Shown here: piece after piece, positions 9,343 to 19,066 of the stretch
How the letters are laid out: each line of letters opens with the position of its first letter
Position numbering within the stretch: the stretch's first letter is position 1
Assembly: GCA_046754465.1 (NCBI GenBank)
Contig: JBHHVU010000023.1
Span: 1 to 45,790, forward strand
Length of the DNA stretch: 45,790 nt
Source: Nitrospinaceae bacterium
GTDB taxonomy: Bacteria > Nitrospinota > Nitrospinia > Nitrospinales > VA-1
Reading direction: 5' to 3'
The notes under the pieces: generated by a model
What the model saw: only the letters and a program-made list of their open reading frames with translations
The model's database searches: none
What the model was told of the DNA's origin: nothing
Translations under genes and position numbers: made by a program

Positions 9343-9612
9343 TTAGAGTTTTTTGCATTCCTTCTTGGTTGGAGGGCGTGCCTGGCAGTCGATGATTTCG
9401 GTTCTGCCGTCCGCGGCGCCCGCGCAGGCGGTGCTGACCCCGGTCATTATCGTATCCTGTTTATCCATCCCTTTCACTTTCTGGCAAACCGTGGTGCCCT
9501 TGTAAAGAATGCAGACATCGCACTCGTACTTGTTGCCCGTCCAGATCAGGGAAAAGGAAAGGTAGCCGATAAAAATCAGGAATCCAATCGTCAGCAACGA
9601 CCCCTTATTCAT
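9343..9612 (-). CDS. Small membrane-anchored Cys-rich hypothetical protein
   Basis: N-terminal TM helix and 6 Cys; 4-bp overlap with the orn stop. Confidence 0.75.
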   Translation of the reverse strand: MNKGSLLTIGFLIFIGYLSFSLIWTGNKYECDVCILYKGTTVCQKVKGMDKQDTIMTGVSTACAGAADGRTEIIDCQARPPTKKECKKL

Positions 9613-10187
9613 GATATCTCCGGTACGGGGGACGTCGCCCCGTTTTTAAAATAATGTTTGCGGTAAAATATCAGTTCATCCAGGGATTCCCGCACGTCGA
9701 TGTTGGCCAGGTGAACCTGGCTTTTCTTGGGAAATTTAGGGCCGGCCGGATACCAGCGCTTGACCAGCTCCTTGACCGAGGTGACGTCGATACTGCGGTA
9801 ATGGAGGTAGTCGTGCAGTTCTTTCATGTATTTGACCAGAAACCGCCGGTCCTGGGCGATGGAGTTGCCGCACAGGGGTGAGGTTTGCGGAGGACAATAT
9901 TGCTTGATGAAATCGAGGGTGATCTGCTCCGCTTCCCGGTGGGTGATTTTGGATTCCCTGACCCGCTGGGTCAGCCCCGATGCGAAATGATGCGTCGTGT
10001 TCCATTCATCCATCCGGTTGAGGATTTCGTTGCTTTGATGGATTGCCAGGCAGGGTCCTTCTGCAATGACATTCAATTCACCATCGGTAATCAGAGTCGC
10101 GATTTCAATAATGACTTCACAACCCGGGTCGAGACCCGTCATTTCCAGGTCCATCCATACCAGATTGTCGGGGGAACGTTTGTTCAT
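9609..10187 (-). CDS. orn: Oligoribonuclease
   Basis: LVWMDLEMTGLD, IIEIAT, LCGNS, DRRFL and HYRSIDV (DEDD exonuclease). Confidence 0.96.
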   Translation of the reverse strand: MNKRSPDNLVWMDLEMTGLDPGCEVIIEIATLITDGELNVIAEGPCLAIHQSNEILNRMDEWNTTHHFASGLTQRVRESKITHREAEQITLDFIKQYCPPQTSPLCGNSIAQDRRFLVKYMKELHDYLHYRSIDVTSVKELVKRWYPAGPKFPKKSQVHLANIDVRESLDELIFYRKHYFKNGATSPVPEIS

Positions 10188-10281
10188 GGTCCATGAGATG
10201 AGGTTGAAACTTTGGTTAAAGCTTAATTTTTTAGGATTTTAACCCAATTCCCGGAAAATGGGAAATTTAATTCCCAACGGC

Positions 10282-11250
10282 TCAGGACAAGCGTTTTGTG
10301 ATCATTTTGGGGCGGAGTGCCTCCGCTGGCAATTGGACATGCGTTGTAGGGCGGACCGTCGTTGTTTGCCGATTCAGTTTTGACCAATCTCCCTGCCTGC
10401 GTGGCGGGCCGGTCATGAACCCTTTGGCTCTTTCGGCGGGTGTTTCCAGTTGCATGGTCAAACATTTATTAGCTCCCCCGGCTTTCAGGAATTCCGTCAC
10501 GGGCTTGATGTGGACCGAGTATCCCGCATTTTCCAGCCGCTTTTTCAGGTGGGCGCCCGCATGGTTCATGAGGATGGTTTTATCGACCAGGACGGCGTTG
10601 CAGGCGAATTGGAGGGCGTCGTCCGTCGAGACGATAATGCGGTTTTCCGGGCGGACATTTTCTTCGATCCGTTGCCGGGAGGCGGCATCAAACGCCGGTG
10701 GGTAATACATGACCTGGTCATCCGCCAGGGGGCAGAAACAGGTGTCCAAGTGGTAAAACCGGGGATCGATCAGGCGGAGGCCAATCACCCGCACCCGCAG
10801 TTCTTTTTCGAGGAGATCCAGCGCCCGGGCATCGGTGCGGAATCCATGGCCGGCCCATATCAGATCACGGCCGGGTTGAAAGAGGGCATCCCCGGCGCCT
10901 TCAAAATAGCAGGGTTCCTTCCATTCCACGATTTCGCAGTTTTGAGCTTGAAACCATTTTTTGAAGCAGGGTTCCTCGGCCCGTCTTTCCTGGTGGCGGA
11001 ACCGGCTCGGGATAAATTTATTTCTCCACAGGAGCCCGGCGTTGGCGGTGAAAACCATGTCGGGAACATGGGGACGCGGTTCGATCAGCATGATTTCGGC
11101 GTGTTCCCGCAGGGTAGAAAAAAAATCGTTCCATTGTTGCCGAGCCCATTGAGGGTGAACTTGTCCGACCTGGTTTTTCATCCAGGGATTGATGGTGTAT
11201 TGGATCTTGTAATACTCTGGAGGACACATCAAAAAAAAGCTTTTTTTCAT
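10282..11250 (-). CDS. Amidinotransferase/DDAH-fold hydrolase (ArgZ N-terminal-like)
   Basis: LMCPP, INPWM, PDMVFTANAG, FEGAGD, FYHLDTCFCPL and EFLKAGG..KCLT with the C-terminal catalytic Cys. Confidence 0.88.
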   Translation of the reverse strand: MKKSFFLMCPPEYYKIQYTINPWMKNQVGQVHPQWARQQWNDFFSTLREHAEIMLIEPRPHVPDMVFTANAGLLWRNKFIPSRFRHQERRAEEPCFKKWFQAQNCEIVEWKEPCYFEGAGDALFQPGRDLIWAGHGFRTDARALDLLEKELRVRVIGLRLIDPRFYHLDTCFCPLADDQVMYYPPAFDAASRQRIEENVRPENRIIVSTDDALQFACNAVLVDKTILMNHAGAHLKKRLENAGYSVHIKPVTEFLKAGGANKCLTMQLETPAERAKGFMTGPPRRQGDWSKLNRQTTTVRPTTHVQLPAEALRPKMITKRLS

Positions 11251-11599
11251 GGCCCAACCTCCATGGCAGAAAAAGTTTTCCTCATTGCCTTTTTAGATGA
11301 TCGAAAGGAGGGAAGGGTTCTGTTTTCTGATGCTAACTAATTGAAAATTAAATATATAGCTGTATTTCAAGGGGGGTTGGGAACAAACCGAAGGAGGAGG
11401 ATGGGGGACGGGCCGGTCGTGGCACCGGACGCCGGTCCCCCAAAAAAGGAGGAGAAAAGTAATGATGAGATTATAGCGAATGCAAATTAAAGCAAAATTA
11501 ATCAAAGATTAAATTATTTTAATCTTGCCGGAAAGGGTTGAAAAGATCCATTTTTCAAGACTTTTAGCCGGATATTTTTGGGCTCTTCGCGGGGCGGGA

Positions 11600-12262
11600 T
11601 CACAGTTGTTTTTTCAATTTTTTCAGATTAAAAACCGCTTTTTCATAAGTTTTGCGAACCACGTCCAGGTTATTTTCCAGCCAAAGGTCGGAAAAATTGG
11701 CGGGGTACTTAGCGAAACTGTTGATCTGGAATACCATGATTCTCGCGTCCCGGTACCAGGCGATGTTCTTTTTCTTTTTAAAGATGGTTTTCGCTTTTTG
11801 AAGGTTTTCCTTGGCCGCGTCCGGATTTCTATTGCCATAATAACTCAGAGCCAAGCCGATATACGCCAACCCTTCATCCGGCCGGATTTCGACGGTTTTT
11901 TTGAAAGCCGCGACCGCTTTGGGGAAATCCTTGATTCTGGCCAGGGCGTTACCGAGATGAAATTGGGCGTCGAAATTCCCGGGTTGGGACAGGCACAGGG
12001 GCTGGACGGATTCGATGGCCTTGTAAGGTTCCCTCATTTTTAGGTAGGTGCCGGAAAGCTTCAGCCGGGTGAGGGATTCGAGGGGGGGGTGGGGTCCGAT
12101 TTTCAGGATTTTTTCCAGCGTCTCCGCTTCCTCATCCAGAAAACCATCCTTGTCCAATTGCAGGGCCTTTTCGAAAAGTTCTTGAGGGGTTTGGGCCTGA
12201 ACCCCGTAAGGGCCGATTAACAACAAACCGATGAATGAGATTAACGGGAATAGACGACTCAT
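11600..12262 (-). CDS. Exported tetratricopeptide-repeat protein
   Basis: ATG 12262 with SD GAGGTG, signal peptide ending VQA, and TPR-like helices (FHLGNAL, AYIGLALSYY). Confidence 0.8.
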   Translation of the reverse strand: MSRLFPLISFIGLLLIGPYGVQAQTPQELFEKALQLDKDGFLDEEAETLEKILKIGPHPPLESLTRLKLSGTYLKMREPYKAIESVQPLCLSQPGNFDAQFHLGNALARIKDFPKAVAAFKKTVEIRPDEGLAYIGLALSYYGNRNPDAAKENLQKAKTIFKKKKNIAWYRDARIMVFQINSFAKYPANFSDLWLENNLDVVRKTYEKAVFNLKKLKKQL

Positions 12263-12317
12263 GAGAGTGATGCACCTCGATTCTGAAATTTGCCTCCGGA
12301 GGAGGGACCTTAAAATA

Positions 12318-15167
12318 TCACGCCACCTCGGTAGTTTGTTCAATCAGGCACGGCTTGGAATCGATTAAAAGGCGCAGGGCCTTTCTAAGCTTTTGCTGAA
12401 AATGATCCTCGTTTTGAATGATCTGCTTCACATCTTCAGGCCGAAGGTAAAAAATATTCGACGCCGTACCCTGATGGGTATGGAGAACGGCTCTCTGGAT
12501 TTCCATGTTGAACTGCGAGAACACGCGCGTTTCCATCATGAAAGTGCCGATGAGATCGTGCGTGGACAAAGTGACCGACCGGCCAATGATTTTGGTCTTC
12601 AGCTTAACATCCTTATACGGCATTTTTTCCTGGCGGGTCATTAGGTCCCGGCCCTTGAAAAGGGATGAAACGGGTTCATTCTTCACAAAGGTTCTGCGCA
12701 AATCGTCGGTGACCTGTTTTTGAAAGAAAAAAAAGTTGGAATGATCGATGGGTTCTCCCGTTGAGGTGACCACTTTGAAAACGTCGAACACGTTGTCCCC
12801 CAGCGTGTGAATGTTGGCTTCAACGATGTTAAGGTGGTTGAAGGCGAGAACCGTGGCAATGTTGAAGAGGAACTTTTTTTGATCCTTGCCACAGACGATC
12901 AGATCGGCGGCCTGGCCGGGTTTGAACAGAAATTCCACGGCGAACTCGTCGCTGGATTGGGAAAACTCATAATAGGTTTCCAGTTGCGACCGCAAATCCC
13001 GGGGCAGCCGGACCATCTGCAGAAACTCCAGTTTCACGGTATTGGGCACTTCCTCATGTTTTTTGTGATAAAGCGTGTACTGGTAAAATAGCTTCAGTTG
13101 TTCGATCTGGGAAGGGGACATTTTCATCTTGGTTCCCGCCCGGTCCGCGTAGGTGAGCAGAACCAGCATCTTCAACCGCTCCTTATCGTGTCCGACCAGG
13201 TCCAATACCATTTCGTAGGTTTCGTCTTCCTCGGGGTCGAGGAGCATCAAATCGTAAATGGTCAGATGTTTTTCGACGAGGAACGCCACATCCTCCACTT
13301 GCCTGGAGTTGTCCGTATAGCCGAGATTTCCCAAGATGCGCGGCACCAGCCGGGCGCCCACCAATTCCTCGTTCTGGTCCTTGACCTTGGCCCCCTTGCC
13401 GATATCGTGCAACAGGACCGCGAGTTTCAACGCGGTTTTATCTTTCAGGGATTGGTACAAATCGATCAGAAAGGGATCGGCCTCTTTCCCTGTCTCCAGC
13501 AAGTTGAGGGCGTCGAGCGAGGAGAGGATGTGCATGTCCGTGGGAAATTTGTGTACGTAGATATCCTGGAGCAGGCCGCAGATATTTTTGAATTCTGGAA
13601 TAAAATAATCTCCCAGGAGCCCGAATTCATGCAGAAGCCTGAGCGCCTTGGAAAAGTATTTCCCCTCGATGATTTTTTTGAAGCCGTTTAAGACCCCGGC
13701 CTTTGTTTGCCTGTCCAGAAAGATGGGAACCGTTTGATCCACATGATCTTCAATCGATCGGATCACGGGATAAGACAGGTGGTAGTTCTTTTCGGCGACC
13801 CAGACGAATACTTGAAATATCCATTGCGGGGAGTCTGAAAATAGTTTTTTCGGGTCCTTGTTGAAAACGATCTGGTTTTCCGCGTTGAGGGCGAAATAGT
13901 CCGAGATCTCGGCCACCTTTTTGGTGTCGAAGGCCATGCTTTCCCAAAACAGGTTGCGGCTGTATCGTTTCAGGGGATAGCCCGCATGATAGAAGTATTC
14001 CTTGTAAAAAGTTTTGAGATCGTACCCCATCGCCTGAGCGATTTCATCACGGACCTCATAGCTCAACACATCGCGATGAGCTCCCCGCTGCGTCAAATGG
14101 AGGAGCATGCGGACCCTGGAGAGAAAATTGAGCGCGTTCTGCATGTTCTTGAAAGCCGGGGCGCTCAGGAGGTTATGCGAAAACAGTTCGTTGAGCATTT
14201 CGAACTGGTTTAATTTTTCCAGGTTCTGACGGATCCGCACCAGGGTCAGCGCCCAGTAGAGCCGGCGCAATTCCTCCTTCACGTTGGGTTCCTGCTTGAA
14301 GACCGTGTTTTGCACCTCATAGTAGGTCCGGTGCTTGAAACAGTACTTCAATATTTTTTCTTTATGAATCAGGCTTGCTGTTTTGATGGAGCTCTTGAAT
14401 TCGGTATAGATCAAGGGATTGCCGGCGATAAATCGGTGCTCCAGCAGGGAAAAGAAATCCGGAACCTTGTCGGTATGAAATTCCTGTTCCCCTCCCGTGG
14501 TCTCGGAAAAACAGGAACTCCCCGCCGCCGGAAACAGATCCTGAAACACGAACAGGTATTCGAAATGTTGAATGATCTCCCGGCAGAGACCGGCATTCCC
14601 TTGTTCGTCCGTGCATTTGGAAACGATCTGAAGATCCACGTCCGACCGGAAATACATCTCTTCCCGGCCATACCCACCCCGGGCCACGATGGCCACTGGA
14701 ACCACGTTATCCTTCACATCACACTGATGGAGGTGATTGTAAAACCAAATGGCGGTTTGAAAAGCGGCATGGACGATGGTATCGACCAGCGCCGTGCGTT
14801 TCAGCAGTAACAGATGGGCATTGTCCGATCGAAGGATTTCCGCTTGCAGTTTTTCGGATTCTTTCTGGACGAGGGGGAGGACCCGGTTTTTGAATTCCAG
14901 ATAAAATTTTTGCGGGTCCGGTTTTCCGCTATTCACCTGGATTTCCGAAGAAAAATCGGCGGCGATTTTCTGTTGCAGTACGAATCGATACTGTTCCGCA
15001 AGGGTTCTGTTGGCCAGGTAAAAATCCCTCATTTGGAGTACGTGGGGACGAATTGTTTTCGCCCAAGCAGGTTTTGAAAGGCCGGGAAAGGTCCGGATTG
15101 GCGTTTGTGAATTTAGAATAAACTCAATCGGGAGGATATTCAAGGAAAGAGCATGAAATCGGCGCAA
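12318..15167 (-). CDS. glnD: GlnD-like PII uridylyltransferase / uridylyl-removing enzyme (divergent)
   Basis: Nucleotidyltransferase motif ARGGYGREEM..SDVDL, EPNVKE, HD domain LLHDIGKG, LTYAD, and a C-terminal ACT-like segment (LNIVEANIHT..VFDVFKV). Exact start uncertain. Confidence 0.8.
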   Translation of the reverse strand: MRRFHALSLNILPIEFILNSQTPIRTFPGLSKPAWAKTIRPHVLQMRDFYLANRTLAEQYRFVLQQKIAADFSSEIQVNSGKPDPQKFYLEFKNRVLPLVQKESEKLQAEILRSDNAHLLLLKRTALVDTIVHAAFQTAIWFYNHLHQCDVKDNVVPVAIVARGGYGREEMYFRSDVDLQIVSKCTDEQGNAGLCREIIQHFEYLFVFQDLFPAAGSSCFSETTGGEQEFHTDKVPDFFSLLEHRFIAGNPLIYTEFKSSIKTASLIHKEKILKYCFKHRTYYEVQNTVFKQEPNVKEELRRLYWALTLVRIRQNLEKLNQFEMLNELFSHNLLSAPAFKNMQNALNFLSRVRMLLHLTQRGAHRDVLSYEVRDEIAQAMGYDLKTFYKEYFYHAGYPLKRYSRNLFWESMAFDTKKVAEISDYFALNAENQIVFNKDPKKLFSDSPQWIFQVFVWVAEKNYHLSYPVIRSIEDHVDQTVPIFLDRQTKAGVLNGFKKIIEGKYFSKALRLLHEFGLLGDYFIPEFKNICGLLQDIYVHKFPTDMHILSSLDALNLLETGKEADPFLIDLYQSLKDKTALKLAVLLHDIGKGAKVKDQNEELVGARLVPRILGNLGYTDNSRQVEDVAFLVEKHLTIYDLMLLDPEEDETYEMVLDLVGHDKERLKMLVLLTYADRAGTKMKMSPSQIEQLKLFYQYTLYHKKHEEVPNTVKLEFLQMVRLPRDLRSQLETYYEFSQSSDEFAVEFLFKPGQAADLIVCGKDQKKFLFNIATVLAFNHLNIVEANIHTLGDNVFDVFKVVTSTGEPIDHSNFFFFQKQVTDDLRRTFVKNEPVSSLFKGRDLMTRQEKMPYKDVKLKTKIIGRSVTLSTHDLIGTFMMETRVFSQFNMEIQRAVLHTHQGTASNIFYLRPEDVKQIIQNEDHFQQKLRKALRLLIDSKPCLIEQTTEVA

Positions 15168-15245
15168 AAGGGCGGCGAACCGCCGCGGATGGTTTTGTCT
15201 TGCGTTATATGCCGAACCCGGATCGACAGGCGATTGAGACTGGAC

Positions 15246-16292
15246 CTATTCCCCTTCCCGCGTGGCGGGGGGACCCGCCAGGGACCTGCCCATCAGTTCG
15301 ATGAACGGCCGGAGGGACACGACGAGTTGGGTAAATTTCGAAGGTTTGAGGGATTGTGGTCCGTCGGAAAAAGCGTTGGTGGGGTCGGGGTGGACCTCGA
15401 TCATCAATCCGTCGGCCCCCGCGGCGATGGCCGCCCGCGCCATGGGGATCACCAGGTCCCAGTGTCCGGTTCCATGGCTGGGGTCGATGATCACCGGCAG
15501 ATGGGTTTCTTTTTTGAGGACGGGTATACAGCTCAAATCCAGCGTATTCCGTGTGGCCGTCTCGAAGGTCCGGATTCCGCGTTCGCAAAGGATCACATTT
15601 TTGTTGCCCTCGGAGAGAATATACTCTGCCGACATCAAAAACTCCTTGATCGTGGTCATCAAACCCCGTTTGAGCAGGATGGGTTTATTGATTTGGCCCA
15701 GTTCCTTCAGGAGGGAGAAGTTTTGAACATTTCGGGCTCCCACCTGCATGACATCGGCGTAGCGTGCCACCAGGTGCACTTCGCGGGGATTCATCACTTC
15801 GGTGACGATGGGGAGTCCGGTCAGCTTTTTAGCTTCATCGAGCAACTGGAGTCCTTCTTCCTCCAGCCCCTGAAAGCTGTAAGGGGACGTCCTGGGTTTG
15901 AAAGCGCCGCCGCGCATGAAATTGGCTCCCGCCTCCTTGACCAGCCGCGCCGTCAGGCAAATTTGTTCCTTGCTTTCCACCGAACAGGGTCCGGCGATCA
16001 GGGCGATTTCCTTCCCCCCAATGGTCCGGTCGCCTACCGGGATCACCGAATCCTGTGACTTGACCTCCCGGCTGGCCAGCTTGTAGGGTTTTAAAATCGG
16101 GAGCACGCTTTCGACCCCCGCCATCGCTTCAATCGCTTGCAACCGGTCCTTTCCCCGTTCGTCTCCCACCGCGCCGATGACTTTACGTTCAACACCCACG
16201 ATTTCATGGGGTTTATATCCCAAATGGGTGATCTGGTCTTCGACCGCCTGAATTTGTTCGGGGGTGGCGCCCGATTTCATTACGATAATCAT
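15246..16292 (-). CDS. aroF: DAHP synthase (class I-beta, N-terminal ferredoxin-like regulatory domain)
   Basis: [34 protein letters not shown] and DPSHGTG; start at MIIVMK (16292). Confidence 0.95.
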   Translation of the reverse strand: MIIVMKSGATPEQIQAVEDQITHLGYKPHEIVGVERKVIGAVGDERGKDRLQAIEAMAGVESVLPILKPYKLASREVKSQDSVIPVGDRTIGGKEIALIAGPCSVESKEQICLTARLVKEAGANFMRGGAFKPRTSPYSFQGLEEEGLQLLDEAKKLTGLPIVTEVMNPREVHLVARYADVMQVGARNVQNFSLLKELGQINKPILLKRGLMTTIKEFLMSAEYILSEGNKNVILCERGIRTFETATRNTLDLSCIPVLKKETHLPVIIDPSHGTGHWDLVIPMARAAIAAGADGLMIEVHPDPTNAFSDGPQSLKPSKFTQLVVSLRPFIELMGRSLAGPPATREGE

Positions 16293-16559
16293 TTCGGTTC
16301 CTGAAAAGGTGTCGTTATGGCAAACTAGCACACCGGTTTTACCCCGTCAAGCGGTGGCCCCGGCTGGCCCGTGGCCGAAAAAATGGCTGGAATTCCGATC
16401 CAAACTCTTCCTGTTTCGTGCGCGGAGGGCGGGGAATTCCTCGTCTTCCGGAACCGGATTTGCGGTGTTACCCTTGTCCGATAATTACTTTTGACAGGTT
16501 TTGGTATTTGTGCTAATTAAAATTTGCGCATGACCACTCAGCATTTTGGAGAAGAAAGC

Positions 16560-17669
16560 ATGGATTTTAGAATCAACCGGGAAAATTTTTTAAGTGGGGT
16601 ACAGCGGGTTCAAGGAATTGTTGAAACAAAGGGGGCGATGCCTATCCTCTCTCATTTGCTGATTCGGGCCGAAAAGGAGGGAATTTGCATCGAAGCGACC
16701 GACCTTGAGATCGGGACTCGGGGATTTTATTCCGCCAACGTGGCGGCCGAGGGATCCGTGACCCTGAATGCCCGGAAACTATACGACATTGTCCGGGAAC
16801 TGCCGGACCTGGAAATTCATCTGGTCAAGGAAGAGAACGAATGGGTGACCCTGAAATGCGGCAAATCGAAGTTCCGGCTGCCCGGGTTGCCGGCGGCCGA
16901 TTTTCCCGCCTTGCCGGAATACAGCGAAGAAAGCCTGATCGAATTTCAATGCCCCCTCTTGAAGGAAATGATCCAGAAAACGTTCTTCGCCGTTTCCCCG
17001 GATGAAACCCGGCAGGCGCTCAACGGTTTGCTCCTCGAAAAGGAAAACGAAAAAGTGAATCTGGTTGGGACGGATGGGCATCGTCTGGCCTTGATCACCC
17101 GGCCCTTTTACAAATCATCTATTCCGGAAGATGAAAAACTGAGTTTTCTCCTTCCCAAGAAGGCGCTCTCCGAACTGTTGAAACTCATGGAGGACGAAGA
17201 ATCCACCTTTGCTTTTTCGGCCAAGAACAATCATTTGGCGTTCATGCAGGGAAAGCAGGTGATTGTGTCCAGAAAAATCGAGGGAAAATTTCCCAACTAC
17301 CGGCAGGTCGTTCCCGTGGATAACAATCTCAAGATCCGGATCAATCGGGAGGACCTGGTCCACGGCCTGAAACGTGTGGCCCTTTTGGCGGACGAAAAAT
17401 CAAAAATGGTGCGATTCGATATCCAGAAGGGAATCCTGGCCCTCGTATCAGACAGTTCGGACCTGGGGGCTGCTCGCGAGGAATTGCCCGTCTCCTACGA
17501 GGGAGAGGATGTGTCCGTGGGGCTCAACGCCAGGTACGTTCTCGACATTTTGAACGCCGTCGATGATGAAGAAATCATTTTCAACCTGAAGGACCAGAAC
17601 CATTCCTGCCTGATTACGCTCGATAAGGATAAGGATTATATGGGCATCGTCATGCCCATGCGGCTATGA
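16560..17669 (+). CDS. dnaN: DNA polymerase III beta sliding clamp
   Basis: ATDLE, VGTDGHRL, GKFPNYRQVVP and C-terminal VMPMRL. Confidence 0.97.
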   Translation: MDFRINRENFLSGVQRVQGIVETKGAMPILSHLLIRAEKEGICIEATDLEIGTRGFYSANVAAEGSVTLNARKLYDIVRELPDLEIHLVKEENEWVTLKCGKSKFRLPGLPAADFPALPEYSEESLIEFQCPLLKEMIQKTFFAVSPDETRQALNGLLLEKENEKVNLVGTDGHRLALITRPFYKSSIPEDEKLSFLLPKKALSELLKLMEDEESTFAFSAKNNHLAFMQGKQVIVSRKIEGKFPNYRQVVPVDNNLKIRINREDLVHGLKRVALLADEKSKMVRFDIQKGILALVSDSSDLGAAREELPVSYEGEDVSVGLNARYVLDILNAVDDEEIIFNLKDQNHSCLITLDKDKDYMGIVMPMRL

Positions 17670-17689
17670 TCCCCCGGCGCCCGATCCCG

Positions 17690-18811
17690 TTACAAATCGA
17701 AGAATTGATCCAGCTTTTTATCGCTGCGCGGTGTCTTGCCGGTGACCCCTTCCCAGATTTCCCGGGTCTCCATGCACAGATAGATGTTCAACGCCTTCGA
17801 ATATTTTTCCAGATACCCTCTCACCGTTTCGTAAGCGTGGTTTCTTAGGGGCCGCAGGTACCGGAATTTCCCATCTTTACCGGGCACATGTTCCCCCGTG
17901 AACAGGCGGGTGTTTGCGTGCCGCTCGAGGGCGATCTGTTTCAAACGGGACCGGTAACGAAAACTTCCCAGGCTGATCCATTCGATCCGGGAGGCGGGAA
18001 CGAATTCAAACAGGTCCGCCACCAGGGATTCGTAAGCCCGCTCCCATCCGGGGAAGATGAGGATTGGATCGAAATGGAATCCGATCCGGTACCCCTTTTC
18101 CTGGCACAACCGGGCGGCCCGGAGCCTTTCATATAATCCGGGAGTCCCAATTTCTTCACTGGCAATAACCTCCGGAGGATTGATCGACCAGGAGATGATG
18201 ATGTTCTCCACATGCTTTTGCGCCAGCAGCCGGTCCACCCGGTCGGATTTGGTTTTCAGTTCGAGAACCGCGTTTTTCTTTTGATTGAAAAAAGGGATCA
18301 ACTGATCCGAGTAAGGGAGGAAGTCCTCCAGGGCCAGGCTGTCGGTCAACTCCCCCGTTCCGACCCGGAAAAGACGGTCCGGGTGCGCTGAAAACACTTC
18401 GTCCAGTTCCCGGATCAGGTCCTCGACATTGACGTAGGCAACGAGAAGCGGATTGTTTTCCAGAAACCCCTGGAGAAAACAATAAGCGCAGTCATAAATG
18501 CAGTTTTTTAACAGGTTGACGACGTAATAATTGCAGCAGACCATTCCGGGACTCAGTCCCGGACATTTCCTGAGGAAGGAACCCTTGAAACGGGACAACA
18601 CCAGCTGTTTCTTTCCCGAACCGAAAATGTCGGAAGAGGTCTTTTTCATTTCCTCGATCAAAGCCCCCGTATCCTCGATGCGCCGCACCGGCGTGTCCGG
18701 AAGAAGCTGAAGCACCTTCCGGGTGAGGGGGTAATTCTCCGCCTCTCCTTCAATATAAATCGCCTCAGGTTGGAAGAGGGTGGCGGTATTCGAGGTAAAA
18801 TTAGGCAACAT
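17690..18811 (-). CDS. Spore photoproduct lyase-like radical SAM protein
   Basis: CIYDCAYC (CxxxCxxC), GTGELTDSL, ELKTKS, GFHFDP and YLCME. Confidence 0.85.
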   Translation of the reverse strand: MLPNFTSNTATLFQPEAIYIEGEAENYPLTRKVLQLLPDTPVRRIEDTGALIEEMKKTSSDIFGSGKKQLVLSRFKGSFLRKCPGLSPGMVCCNYYVVNLLKNCIYDCAYCFLQGFLENNPLLVAYVNVEDLIRELDEVFSAHPDRLFRVGTGELTDSLALEDFLPYSDQLIPFFNQKKNAVLELKTKSDRVDRLLAQKHVENIIISWSINPPEVIASEEIGTPGLYERLRAARLCQEKGYRIGFHFDPILIFPGWERAYESLVADLFEFVPASRIEWISLGSFRYRSRLKQIALERHANTRLFTGEHVPGKDGKFRYLRPLRNHAYETVRGYLEKYSKALNIYLCMETREIWEGVTGKTPRSDKKLDQFFDL

Positions 18812-19066
18812 CTTGTTTTATTGCTCTTTATTTGCGATAATCGGTTGGCGTGATCGTCATGGGATTCCGTATAATAGTCCAAATCGCGCCCGGCCGGTGC
18901 TAATTTTTCCGGGTTTCAGGAATTTTATTTTCCGGAAATTTTATTTCAACCGTCCTGATGGGTTCCGCATCATCAACGAATCCTAGAATATATTTATTGC
19001 ACAAGGTGTTTGTTCCCAGCCCACGGAGGGGTTTCTTGTCTTGAATCCGGCGGTCCATGAAAAGGT

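Noticed and set aside
16491..16523. Complete sigma70 promoter for dnaN
   Set aside because: The -35 TTGACA is perfect, but there is no good -10 at 16-18 nt spacing (TAAAAT lies 21 nt away).
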